Source of the DNA: Longimicrobiales bacterium
GTDB taxonomy: Bacteria > Gemmatimonadota > Gemmatimonadetes > Longimicrobiales > Gaopeijiaceae
Length of the DNA: 64,000 bases
Direction: 5' to 3'
Assembly: GCA_045561015.1 (NCBI GenBank)
Contig: JBJKYO010000055.1
Location: 1,131-65,130, forward strand
The translations under genes and the position numbers were made by a program. Below the pieces are notes generated by a model. It did not search any database. It was not told the origin of the DNA and saw only the letters and a list, made by a program, of their open reading frames with translations. Shown one piece after another: positions 36,701 through 45,061 of the stretch; the stretch's first letter is position 1, and every line of letters starts with the position of its first letter.

Positions 36701-37312
36701 TTACTGACGTGAAATCAACGATTCCCACGATGGGATTTCTGTAAGCCTACCAATATCTATTTCTTCTCCTCGGCGAAACATCAGCCTCAAACGCCACCCA
36801 TCAGCACTTCCTTGTACGTAAGGATCGAATTCGGAGTCAGCGATCCAAGATATGTCAGTCAACGCATTTTCTAGCAACAGAGCTTCATACGCGGTAGTCG
36901 GTCCAGTCGCAAATGGCACCGTAATAACTCTTTCAGAGAATGGGAAGTTATCATGCCAGCGACCCAAAGCCCGATTGATCTCAGAAGTTTCAGCGCCCTG
37001 ATTTAACAAATGTTGTGCATGAAACTGTAACAGCAATTCATTGTGTTTAATGTCGGCCGAAAGAGCTTTTTCGAGAAGCTGGGAAAATCCCTTCTCGTCT
37101 GCTTCTGAAAGTGCTCGCATTGCCCTGAGAAAATCAGTGTCTGCATCTTCTGGATTCACTCCTATCATGACATCGGTGAAGCCACTACCCTCCCCGGTCA
37201 AAAAATCTACTGGTTGATCTCTCGTCTGAGAAATTGAGTATTCTCTCACTCCCACAAAAATCCCAATGGAATAAACCACAATGAGAATACGGTAACGCCG
37301 AAACCTGCCCAC
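36701..37312 (-). CDS. hypothetical single-TM-anchored protein
   Basis: 203 aa with N-terminal anchor RYRILIVVYSIGIFVGV. Its start codon abuts the stop of the upstream membrane-protein gene. No motif recognised. Confidence 0.5.
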   Translation of the reverse strand: MGRFRRYRILIVVYSIGIFVGVREYSISQTRDQPVDFLTGEGSGFTDVMIGVNPEDADTDFLRAMRALSEADEKGFSQLLEKALSADIKHNELLLQFHAQHLLNQGAETSEINRALGRWHDNFPFSERVITVPFATGPTTAYEALLLENALTDISWIADSEFDPYVQGSADGWRLRLMFRRGEEIDIGRLTEIPSWESLISRQ

Positions 37313-38401
37313 CTAAAGACCGACCTGGACCTTTGTATCTCTGACTTTCCAAATAAATGAATCCACATAGTAATGGACCAAGGCATAAGCTGAAATCATA
37401 GTTTGAGCGAAAAGCTCATAACCACCGATATAGTCCATTCCAGCTATACCAAACTCGGGAATAGCCTGATAGGAAACAAAGTTCACCACACCAAAACCAA
37501 ACTCATCTAGTGGGCGGTTTATGAGCAGTTGGACCCCTATCGCATAAGCACCTCCTCCAATCAGGAACCACTTCAAACGCCCACGACCTGAAACTCGACT
37601 CCAGAGTCCAGGCTTAGAAGTTCCTTGCTCAGACTTTCTCTGAAGGAAAAAGTAGACCATCACGATGTACTGTAGCCCGTGCATAAGCCTGTGTGCAATT
37701 GCAAACAAAAGGATAGAATTAGTATGCCACGCAGCGAAATACCACAAAAAATAACTGGCTCCTATAAAGGCATACTTGACTGGATTGAGAGCTTCCCCAT
37801 TTCGTACCGTTTTCCACAAGTGAAATAGGTAAATGGGTATGAAAAGAAGTAGCACTAATCGACTAGCTAACAATAGAGAGTCTACGAACTGAACTGACAG
37901 CGGCACTTCCAGCTTGTACAATTCCCGGATCCACAAATTCCGAAACATTGGAGCGTTGAGGAACATGAAAGAATACAAAATCCAGTGCAGGGTAAGGTCG
38001 AATTTTCCAGTGTTCGACATGCCTGTACCAGCCTTGAAGTCGTAGATCCTGCCGAATCCATGCTGCTGCATTATACTGTGCTGGTGATCCCAGGCCATCA
38101 CAATAAGTAACAGTGTTATCGGAGCCCATACCATTCCCGCTGCCGCCATAGCCACAATGATAATAGGCCCTAAAATCAACTCCTGTCTGAACCGGATCCA
38201 ATCTTCAGGCATTCCGTAGGTTCTCACCCACGTGGCATAGTGATGAGGAATGGTGATCCAGAGATTTATAGAGGCCACCGCTACAAATGGAAGCCACGCC
38301 TGAGCCCCAAGCGCCGCTAGCACTGCGGCAAAAGGTAATCCCAAGAACCAAACCATATCGAGCTTGGGATTGATGATGTAACCCGTTTTAAACATTCCCA
38401 T
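37313..38401 (-). CDS. uncharacterised polytopic membrane protein with clustered histidines
   Basis: 362 aa with about 8-9 hydrophobic segments. His clusters: IPHHYATW, WDHQHSIMQQHG, AHRLMHGLQY, HYYVDSFIWK. Confidence 0.6.
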   Translation of the reverse strand: MGMFKTGYIINPKLDMVWFLGLPFAAVLAALGAQAWLPFVAVASINLWITIPHHYATWVRTYGMPEDWIRFRQELILGPIIIVAMAAAGMVWAPITLLLIVMAWDHQHSIMQQHGFGRIYDFKAGTGMSNTGKFDLTLHWILYSFMFLNAPMFRNLWIRELYKLEVPLSVQFVDSLLLASRLVLLLFIPIYLFHLWKTVRNGEALNPVKYAFIGASYFLWYFAAWHTNSILLFAIAHRLMHGLQYIVMVYFFLQRKSEQGTSKPGLWSRVSGRGRLKWFLIGGGAYAIGVQLLINRPLDEFGFGVVNFVSYQAIPEFGIAGMDYIGGYELFAQTMISAYALVHYYVDSFIWKVRDTKVQVGL

Positions 38402-38749
38402 TTACCCTTTGAATTTACCGTTGCTATTAGCTAGGAAACCTGGATAATACACACACAATATAAGAGGAACCATCCTAGAAAGAAGCCTAAGCCCTCTTCG
38501 TTTATTTCGCTTAGCAAAAAAAGTGGGCTCGGGCTTACTATTGGCCCGAAACTTGCATATCCTACTCCACTGAGGCAACTGAGCTGACAAGAATGATCCG
38601 CTTAGGAATATAAAACTTATATTTTAACGCAAAACTATGCCACATATCTTGACTAAAGCAGGACATGATTGATCCAGAGTCTTATCTTATCCAGATAGTG
38701 GCATTAAGTTTACACTCTGCTAATGACATTAAGAGTCGGGAGGTTTTAA

Positions 38750-39298
38750 ATGCAGATGTTTGATTTAAGAATTGAGCTATTGGCCCCATTGTTCCTAGCC
38801 GCCACGCTGGTCGCCTGTAGCGATGACCTATCAATGGGCCCTGGAGAACACAGTGAACCAGAAGTCATAGAAACCACCAATTTCCATGCCTCTCTAGAAA
38901 TCACACTTTCCGAATACACCAAAACAGAGACTGGTCTTTATTATAAAAGCATTGAGGATGGAAAAGGTACAATATTAGCAGCAGCAGGTGACACTGTTAG
39001 TGTCTACTATGGAGCTTGGCTATCCAATGGAACTGCATTAGATCCAGGAGAGATCATCTTTATCAGAGGTGATGGAACCACCGCTGCAAAAACACTTCCA
39101 GGAGAAGGTGCTGTGATACTTGGATTTGATCAAGGAGTTGAAGGCATGAAGCTAGGTGGAATAAGGCAAATCATAGTGCCACCAGACCTGGCATATGGGA
39201 ACAACTGGGTAGGAAGCGTCATTCCGCCTGGATCTATCATGGTTTTTAGGGCGCATATGAACAGAATCAATGACCGGATAAACAGCGGGGATTCCTAG
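38750..39298 (+). CDS. FKBP-type peptidyl-prolyl isomerase, lipoprotein
   Basis: Lipobox LVACS. FKBP core: GDTVSVYYGAWLSNGTALD ... GFDQGVEGMKLGGIRQIIVPPDLAYG. GGGAGG SD upstream. Confidence 0.85.
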   Translation: MQMFDLRIELLAPLFLAATLVACSDDLSMGPGEHSEPEVIETTNFHASLEITLSEYTKTETGLYYKSIEDGKGTILAAAGDTVSVYYGAWLSNGTALDPGEIIFIRGDGTTAAKTLPGEGAVILGFDQGVEGMKLGGIRQIIVPPDLAYGNNWVGSVIPPGSIMVFRAHMNRINDRINSGDS

Positions 39299-39333
39299 TC
39301 CTTGCTGTAGTTCCGTAGAAATGATTAGAATGC

Positions 39334-39356
39334 CTCCCAGTATTTCAAACTGGGAG
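39334..39356 (+). promoter_or_regulatory. hairpin whose 3' arm contains the SD of the Nramp-like gene
   Basis: ctcccagt (39334..39341) pairs with actgggag (39349..39356): a perfect 8-bp stem with a 7-nt loop. The GGGAG in the 3' arm lies 7 nt upstream of ATG 39364. Confidence 0.45.
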
Positions 39357-39363
39357 AGCCGAT

Positions 39364-40872
39364 ATGTCAGATGAAGAATTGGACAGAAGCAACGACCTAG
39401 ACGAATCGGGAGTACTCACTCTCCCTTCAATGAGTCCTAAAAGTTTACTAGCTCATTTTGGTCCCGGGATCGTATTGATGATGACCGGGATTGGAACTAG
39501 CCATCTCATAACTGCCCCAACAGCTGGTGGCCGTTTTGAATATGCTTTGCTCTGGTGCATACCTGCTTCTTACATATTCAAATACTATGGGTTTGAGATG
39601 GCTTTCCGTTTTACGAATGCCACCGGAAAGAGTCTCCTGGACGCATACGGGACCGCCAAATTTAAATGGCCAGTTTGGTATATGCTGATTGTAACAATAA
39701 TCGAATGCGCACTAGGCCAAGCAGGAAGACTGATCGCTGCTGCTGCAGTCATGTATTACCTCTTTACTGAGTCCATGTCACTACCGATCAACCCCGACCT
39801 AGAAGTCTATGGACTGATCCTCGGAGTAATTTCAGTCGCAATACTACTAAGGGGCAACTATTCAATAGTTGAGAAATTTGCAAAGGTCTTAGCAGGCCTA
39901 TTGCTGTTCTCAAGCCTTATGGTTTACCTGCAAGCTCCTGCTCCATTCTCGGAAATGGGTCATTTTTTCATCTTTGAAACACCTTCAGGATCATGGCTAA
40001 TTATTGCTGGATTCCTGGGCTTGCTTCCCACTGGAATGGATGTCTCTCTCCAGGCTTCAGAATGGGGCAGTGCAAGGCGACTTGGAATGGCGAGAGTCAG
40101 GCCTGAATTGGAAAGACAAGGATTGGCTTCTAGCTTTGATCCTTTCGGATCGCCTAAAGAAGACCTTGCCATTGATGCTTCTAGAATTCCTGGCCACATG
40201 CAAGAGTATTGCCGTCGTTGGTTTCGTATCGGGTTATGGGACTTTCGATTCGGCCACATGGCTTCATTCATGATAGCAACAATCTTTCTTCTCCTAGCAG
40301 CAGTGTGGATATACCCAAGCCCTGTAGAGGGACGGGGAGTAATGGGAGAAATTGCTGGTATATTTACTTTAAGTGTTGGACCTTGGATGATGGTCATCTT
40401 TATGATCGGAGCTTTCGCGGCAACTTTTTCCACTTCCTTTAATTATTTTGATGGATGGCCTCGATTGGTGGCAGCATGTTGTCGCAATCTATTCCCATCC
40501 ACGGCCAATCTGAAAGGAATCGAAAAAGAACACCACGTGAGTGAAGACTGCTCGACAAAGTGGTACTCGGAATACAATATCTATCGGATTACCATGATAT
40601 ACTCACTGATAGCTGCCGTGCTCTTCATTGCCGTGATTCCCAAACCGGTCTACATGGTACTAATAGCTTCCGCCTTGGCTTTTTTCGTAGCACCCATCAT
40701 TTTTTACTTGAACTTATACTACTGTCTCACGGTTATACCCAAAACAGACAAAATCTTTTATCCGAGTCGGTTTGACCGATATTTTGCCTGGTTTAGCTTA
40801 GCCGTTTTCAGTGGAATGATAATAATACTCTTTTTTGCCAGAGTGCTGCAGATTCCACTCTTCGGAATTTAA
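39364..40872 (+). CDS. divergent Nramp/MntH-superfamily transporter lacking the canonical metal-site motifs
   Basis: 502-aa polytopic protein. FGPGIVLMMTGIGTSHLI aligns to the Nramp GPGFL..DPGN region, but DPGN is replaced by GIGTSH. No MPHN-type motif is present (region LLPTGMDVSLQASEWG). Confidence 0.6.
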   Translation: MSDEELDRSNDLDESGVLTLPSMSPKSLLAHFGPGIVLMMTGIGTSHLITAPTAGGRFEYALLWCIPASYIFKYYGFEMAFRFTNATGKSLLDAYGTAKFKWPVWYMLIVTIIECALGQAGRLIAAAAVMYYLFTESMSLPINPDLEVYGLILGVISVAILLRGNYSIVEKFAKVLAGLLLFSSLMVYLQAPAPFSEMGHFFIFETPSGSWLIIAGFLGLLPTGMDVSLQASEWGSARRLGMARVRPELERQGLASSFDPFGSPKEDLAIDASRIPGHMQEYCRRWFRIGLWDFRFGHMASFMIATIFLLLAAVWIYPSPVEGRGVMGEIAGIFTLSVGPWMMVIFMIGAFAATFSTSFNYFDGWPRLVAACCRNLFPSTANLKGIEKEHHVSEDCSTKWYSEYNIYRITMIYSLIAAVLFIAVIPKPVYMVLIASALAFFVAPIIFYLNLYYCLTVIPKTDKIFYPSRFDRYFAWFSLAVFSGMIIILFFARVLQIPLFGI

Positions 40873-40910
40873 TTAACTACTCATGTAGATTAATAGGCCG
40901 ACCTTGCCGG

Positions 40911-41825
40911 TTAACCTAGACGACCACCAATTTTCAATTGGTGCATCGAAATATACTCTTGAGCGGACATTTTTCCTGCCCCCTCCGGACGAACCCTTTG
41001 AATACATATTCCGCCATCCCCAGTAGCAACGACTAAACCTTCATTATCAATCGACAATATCTCTCCCGGATTTCCCGTCACCTCTGAGCATTTCACACAA
41101 TCAAAAATCTTGAGAGTCTGACCTTCGTGGATAGTCCAGGCACCAGGCTGTGGGTTAGCTCCTCGTATAAGATTATAAGTCTCTTCTGTTGGCGCTGACC
41201 AATCGATTTCTACATCCTTCTTCTTACACCAACTCTCATAAGTAGCCTGAGATTCATCCTGCACGATTTTAGGAGCATTCCCATCACGCACTAAGTCCAC
41301 ACTCTCTAACATAGCTTCCACTCCTAATGGAAAAAGCTCATTGAAATACAAGCTACCGAGTGTATCATCTTCTTTGATGTCCACCTCTTTTTGCAACAAA
41401 ACGGGACCAGTGTCTAATCCGTTGTCTGGCCAGAAAATACTTAGTCCAGTCTTCTCAGACCCTTTGATGATTGGCCAATTGATAGAACTAGGCCCTCTGT
41501 GCAATGGAAGTAATGAAGGATGGTACTGAATAGTCCCGTAAGTTGGAATGTTCAGAAATTCCTCTCTGACGAACAAAGTGACATACGCCATCACAACAAG
41601 ATCGGGAGCTAGAGAACGCAATTCATCACAAACTTCATCATCTGAATACGATGAGGGTTGGTAAACTGTAAGGTTTTTCTCAAGAGCTAGCTCCTTAATA
41701 GGGTCAAGAGGGCGACCCTCTCTGTCAGGAGCGCAGTAGACTGCCACGACATCTTCTCCTCTCTCGAGAAGGGCCTCCAGAACACTTTTTCCAAATGCTT
41801 GTTGGCCATGGACAACAATGCGCAT
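40911..41825 (-). CDS. formyltransferase-family protein resembling the N-terminal domain of 10-formyl-THF dehydrogenase
   Basis: 304 aa. IQYHPSLLPLHRGPSSINW and SIFWPDNGLDTGPVLLQKE match my recollection of ALDH1L1-N (IIYHPSLLPRHRGASAINW; SIFWADDGLDTGDLLLQKE) better than E. coli Fmt (NVHGSLLPRWRGAAPIQ). The C-terminal domain is Fmt-like. Starts 21 nt downstream of frc. Confidence 0.7.
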   Translation of the reverse strand: MRIVVHGQQAFGKSVLEALLERGEDVVAVYCAPDREGRPLDPIKELALEKNLTVYQPSSYSDDEVCDELRSLAPDLVVMAYVTLFVREEFLNIPTYGTIQYHPSLLPLHRGPSSINWPIIKGSEKTGLSIFWPDNGLDTGPVLLQKEVDIKEDDTLGSLYFNELFPLGVEAMLESVDLVRDGNAPKIVQDESQATYESWCKKKDVEIDWSAPTEETYNLIRGANPQPGAWTIHEGQTLKIFDCVKCSEVTGNPGEILSIDNEGLVVATGDGGICIQRVRPEGAGKMSAQEYISMHQLKIGGRLG

Positions 41826-41846
41826 ATCTAACTCCTTTAAAATTTT

Positions 41847-43091
41847 CTAAATAGATCCATCCGACCGAGCATCTTCTATCTCTGCTTCCGTCAACCCAAT
41901 CTCCGCTAACACTTTATCGGTATGCTCACCCAACAACGGAGCTCTGCTCACATCACTAGGAGATTTAGATAATTTAATCGGATTGCCCACTGTCAAATAA
42001 GACCCTCTCTCTGGATGTTCTACCTCTACTACGGTTCTTGTTTCTCTCAGAGCCTGATCTTCCCCTAATTCTTTCATACTCATAATGGGCCCACAGGGAA
42101 TCCCCAATTTACTCAATACATTCATTACTTCGAATTTTGACTTTGTTTCAGTCCATTCCTCGATGAGAGCAAAGCATTGATCTAATTTGGGAAGACGAAC
42201 TTCTGGTGTTGCCCACTCTGGATCAGTAATTAGCTCTTCTCTCCCAATAACCTTCATCAAAGGAGCCCACCCCGGTGGCTGTATAATGACGTAAATAAAA
42301 TCATTTTGTCCCCCTGGTGCACACTTGAGTACCCATCCTGGCTGACCGCCACCAGAAGCATTCCCGCTTCGGGGCACGAAATCACCAAATTCACCAGAAG
42401 GATATTGGGGATACTCCCTTAAGGGACCCCTTGTTAATCTCTGCTGATCTCTAAGTTTTATCCGACAAAGATTGAGAACTGCGTCCTGCATCGCGCACTC
42501 TACTCTTTGTCCCTCCCCCGTGTGAGATCGTTGAATCAAAGCCGCGAGTATCCCGGCCACCAAGTGCAGGCCTGTACCTGAATCTCCAATCTGTGCTCCT
42601 GTAACAGTAGGAACATCATCTTCGAAACCAGTAGTGCTGGCAGATCCACCCATACATTGAGCCACATTCTCATATACCTTACAGTCAACGAAGGGGCCTG
42701 GTCCAAATCCCTTAACCGAAGCATATATCAATCCTGGATTTACCTGTTTGATTTTGTCCCAGGTAAACCCCATACGGTCCAATGCTCCAGGCGCAAAATT
42801 CTCTACCAGAACATCACAGTGATCAACTAATCTCCAGAAAATTTCCTGTCCCTTTTCCGATTTAGTGTTCAGGGTGATGCTACGTTTATTGCTGTTCAGC
42901 ATTGTAAAATAAAGACTGTCCACGTCTGGAATATCTCTCAATTGACTCCTGGTGATATCCCCACGTCCAGGGAATTCCACTTTGATCACATCTGCTCCAA
43001 ACCAAGCAAGAATTTGCGTGCATGTGGGACCAGACTGCACATGGGTCATGTCTAACACGCGAACACCATCTAAAGCTTTACGCATTTCCAT
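41847..43091 (-). CDS. frc: formyl-CoA:oxalate CoA-transferase
   Basis: 414 aa with long stretches like O. formigenes Frc as I recall it: [67 protein letters not shown] (catalytic Asp region), [49 protein letters not shown]. Confidence 0.9.
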   Translation of the reverse strand: MEMRKALDGVRVLDMTHVQSGPTCTQILAWFGADVIKVEFPGRGDITRSQLRDIPDVDSLYFTMLNSNKRSITLNTKSEKGQEIFWRLVDHCDVLVENFAPGALDRMGFTWDKIKQVNPGLIYASVKGFGPGPFVDCKVYENVAQCMGGSASTTGFEDDVPTVTGAQIGDSGTGLHLVAGILAALIQRSHTGEGQRVECAMQDAVLNLCRIKLRDQQRLTRGPLREYPQYPSGEFGDFVPRSGNASGGGQPGWVLKCAPGGQNDFIYVIIQPPGWAPLMKVIGREELITDPEWATPEVRLPKLDQCFALIEEWTETKSKFEVMNVLSKLGIPCGPIMSMKELGEDQALRETRTVVEVEHPERGSYLTVGNPIKLSKSPSDVSRAPLLGEHTDKVLAEIGLTEAEIEDARSDGSI

Positions 43092-43144
43092 ACCTTACCT
43101 AAAGATTTCATTTTTGAACGAGAAATATTTTTTGGATCCCAAGC

Positions 43145-44836
43145 CTACTTATACATAGTCTGACGTTTTGTACCGGGAGCATATTCATTTGGATCTACCC
43201 AAATATTCACTACAGCTGATTTTCCAGTGGTCTTAACTGCTTCTCTAGCACGCAGAAGAGCCGGACCTATCTCAGATGGATCCCTAACGGCTTCTCCATA
43301 TCCCCCTAACATCGTCGCAAAATGCTCAAAATCCACATCACCTAACTTGTTCCCGATATTACCCCTTTCTTCGCCATATTTCGCTATTTGCCCGCATCGA
43401 ATCTGGTTCTGAGCGGAATTATTGCCAATGACCGCTATATACGGAAGTCCGAATCTGTTAGCGGTCTCCATATCAAAAGCGGTCATACCGAATGATCCAT
43501 CTCCGTAATAACAGAGGACCTCTTTTTCAGGATGAGCCAGCTTAGCAGCTATAGCAAATCCTGTTCCGACACCCAGTGAGCCTAGAGGGCCTGGGTCCAT
43601 CCAATGACCAGGTGATCGAGGGCGTACAGCTTGAGCAGAGATGGTTACAACATCCCCTCCGTCACCTATATAAATGGTTTCTTCTGTTAAGAACTCGTTT
43701 AATTCCCAAGCAACTCGATATGGATTAATCGGTTTGGCCTCAGATTTGAATAATGCGGTTAATTTTTCTTCTGCCGCTATTTCTCCAGCAGCTAACTGGT
43801 CCATCCAGACCACTCTCTTAGACGATCCGTTGTCTGATCTGTCATTGGCAACATCTGTAACCGCTTTCAATATCGTACCTACATCTCCAACCAGCCCTAG
43901 CGATACATCTCTATTTTTTCCGACAGTACGATAGTCCATATCAATTTGGACCACGGTCGCATCGCTCCGGAGCCTCTTGCCATATCCCATTCGGAAATCG
44001 AAAGGCGTGCCTACAATCACAATGACATCTGCATCATTGAAAGCCATCCGACGGGTTCTGTGGAAGTAATGGGGATCTTCTGCAGGCAAAGTCCCTCTTG
44101 CAGAACCATTCATATATGCAGGGATATTCAGTTCTCTAATAAAACGAACAGCTTCATCGTAAGCCTGACATGTAGCTACCTGTGTACCGAACAAGACACA
44201 TGGCCTCTCTGCGGCAACCAGCAAATCGGCTAGCTTCTCTATGTCACCTAAATCTCCAACACTCTTTGTAGACGCCCTATAACGTCCTGGCTCAGGAATT
44301 CTAGCGGTTTCTGCATCTATCTCAGCATCCAGTATATCACGAGGGATCTCTAAATAGGACGGTCCGGGTGCACCGTTGTGACATTCACGAACGGCCATAG
44401 ACACCATGTCGGCAATCCGCTCAGTACTCTGCACACTTGCAGAGAATTTCGTCACTGGTGCCGCTATATCAACATGTGGTAAATCTTGGAGAGAGCCCAT
44501 CTTATGCTGAGTCAGAGAACCCTGCCCGCCTATGTGTAGTATGGGACTTTCGGCCCGGAATGCATTGGCGAGGCCAGTCATCGCATTTGTAAAGCCAGGT
44601 CCGGCAGTGGTTACCACACATCCTGTACCACCAGTTTGACGAGCATACCCATCAGCAGCATGAGCCGCGACCTGTTCGTGTCGCACGTCTATGATTCGGA
44701 TACCCTCATCCAAGCAACCATCATAAATGTCAATTATATGACCCCCACAAAGAGTAAAAATTGTGTCAATTCCTTCATTTTTCAGGGCCTTGGCTACAAG
44801 GTGTCCACCTGTGATACGACCATTTGAACCACTCAC
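43145..44836 (-). CDS. oxc: ThDP-dependent decarboxylase, probable oxalyl-CoA decarboxylase (2-hydroxyacyl-CoA lyase family)
   Basis: 563 aa. ThDP motif GDGSFGMTAFDMETANRFGLPYIAVIGNN. N-terminal Pyr domain (GIDTIFTLCGGH..RHEQVAAHAADGYAR). GTG start with GAGGA SD. Lies immediately upstream of frc. Confidence 0.7.
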   Translation of the reverse strand: MSGSNGRITGGHLVAKALKNEGIDTIFTLCGGHIIDIYDGCLDEGIRIIDVRHEQVAAHAADGYARQTGGTGCVVTTAGPGFTNAMTGLANAFRAESPILHIGGQGSLTQHKMGSLQDLPHVDIAAPVTKFSASVQSTERIADMVSMAVRECHNGAPGPSYLEIPRDILDAEIDAETARIPEPGRYRASTKSVGDLGDIEKLADLLVAAERPCVLFGTQVATCQAYDEAVRFIRELNIPAYMNGSARGTLPAEDPHYFHRTRRMAFNDADVIVIVGTPFDFRMGYGKRLRSDATVVQIDMDYRTVGKNRDVSLGLVGDVGTILKAVTDVANDRSDNGSSKRVVWMDQLAAGEIAAEEKLTALFKSEAKPINPYRVAWELNEFLTEETIYIGDGGDVVTISAQAVRPRSPGHWMDPGPLGSLGVGTGFAIAAKLAHPEKEVLCYYGDGSFGMTAFDMETANRFGLPYIAVIGNNSAQNQIRCGQIAKYGEERGNIGNKLGDVDFEHFATMLGGYGEAVRDPSEIGPALLRAREAVKTTGKSAVVNIWVDPNEYAPGTKRQTMYK

Positions 44837-45061
44837 TTAATTATCCTCACTATTTTCAGTCTTTAAGTATTTTGACACTCCATCTTCGATCGTTTTGTTA
44901 AGGTACATAACGAAGGAAAGTTTTCATATCAATAGAGTATAGCAGAACTCACAAAAAGAAATCTCGGAGTTTGAATCTATCCTACGTCTGATTCCCAGAG
45001 AAACCAAGAGTTGGTGATCCATATGGTATATCTAGACCTGCCAGAGACAACTCGACCACTA

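Noticed and set aside
38402-38590. 62-aa ORF upstream of the His-rich membrane protein
   Set aside because: It is basic and low-complexity, with no SD or motif. It probably lies within the promoter or leader region.
39960-40433. 157-aa antisense ORF within the Nramp-like gene, and similar antisense ORFs at 45239..45709, 59087..59572, 33630..33833 and elsewhere
   Set aside because: All lie opposite or out of frame to long ORFs with recognisable family motifs. None has an SD or any motif. I treat them as shadow ORFs.
44904-44932. TTGATA-N17-TATGTA (minus strand) as the oxc promoter
   Set aside because: Only 3 of 6 positions match in the -10 hexamer, and there is no supporting evidence. Too weak to annotate.
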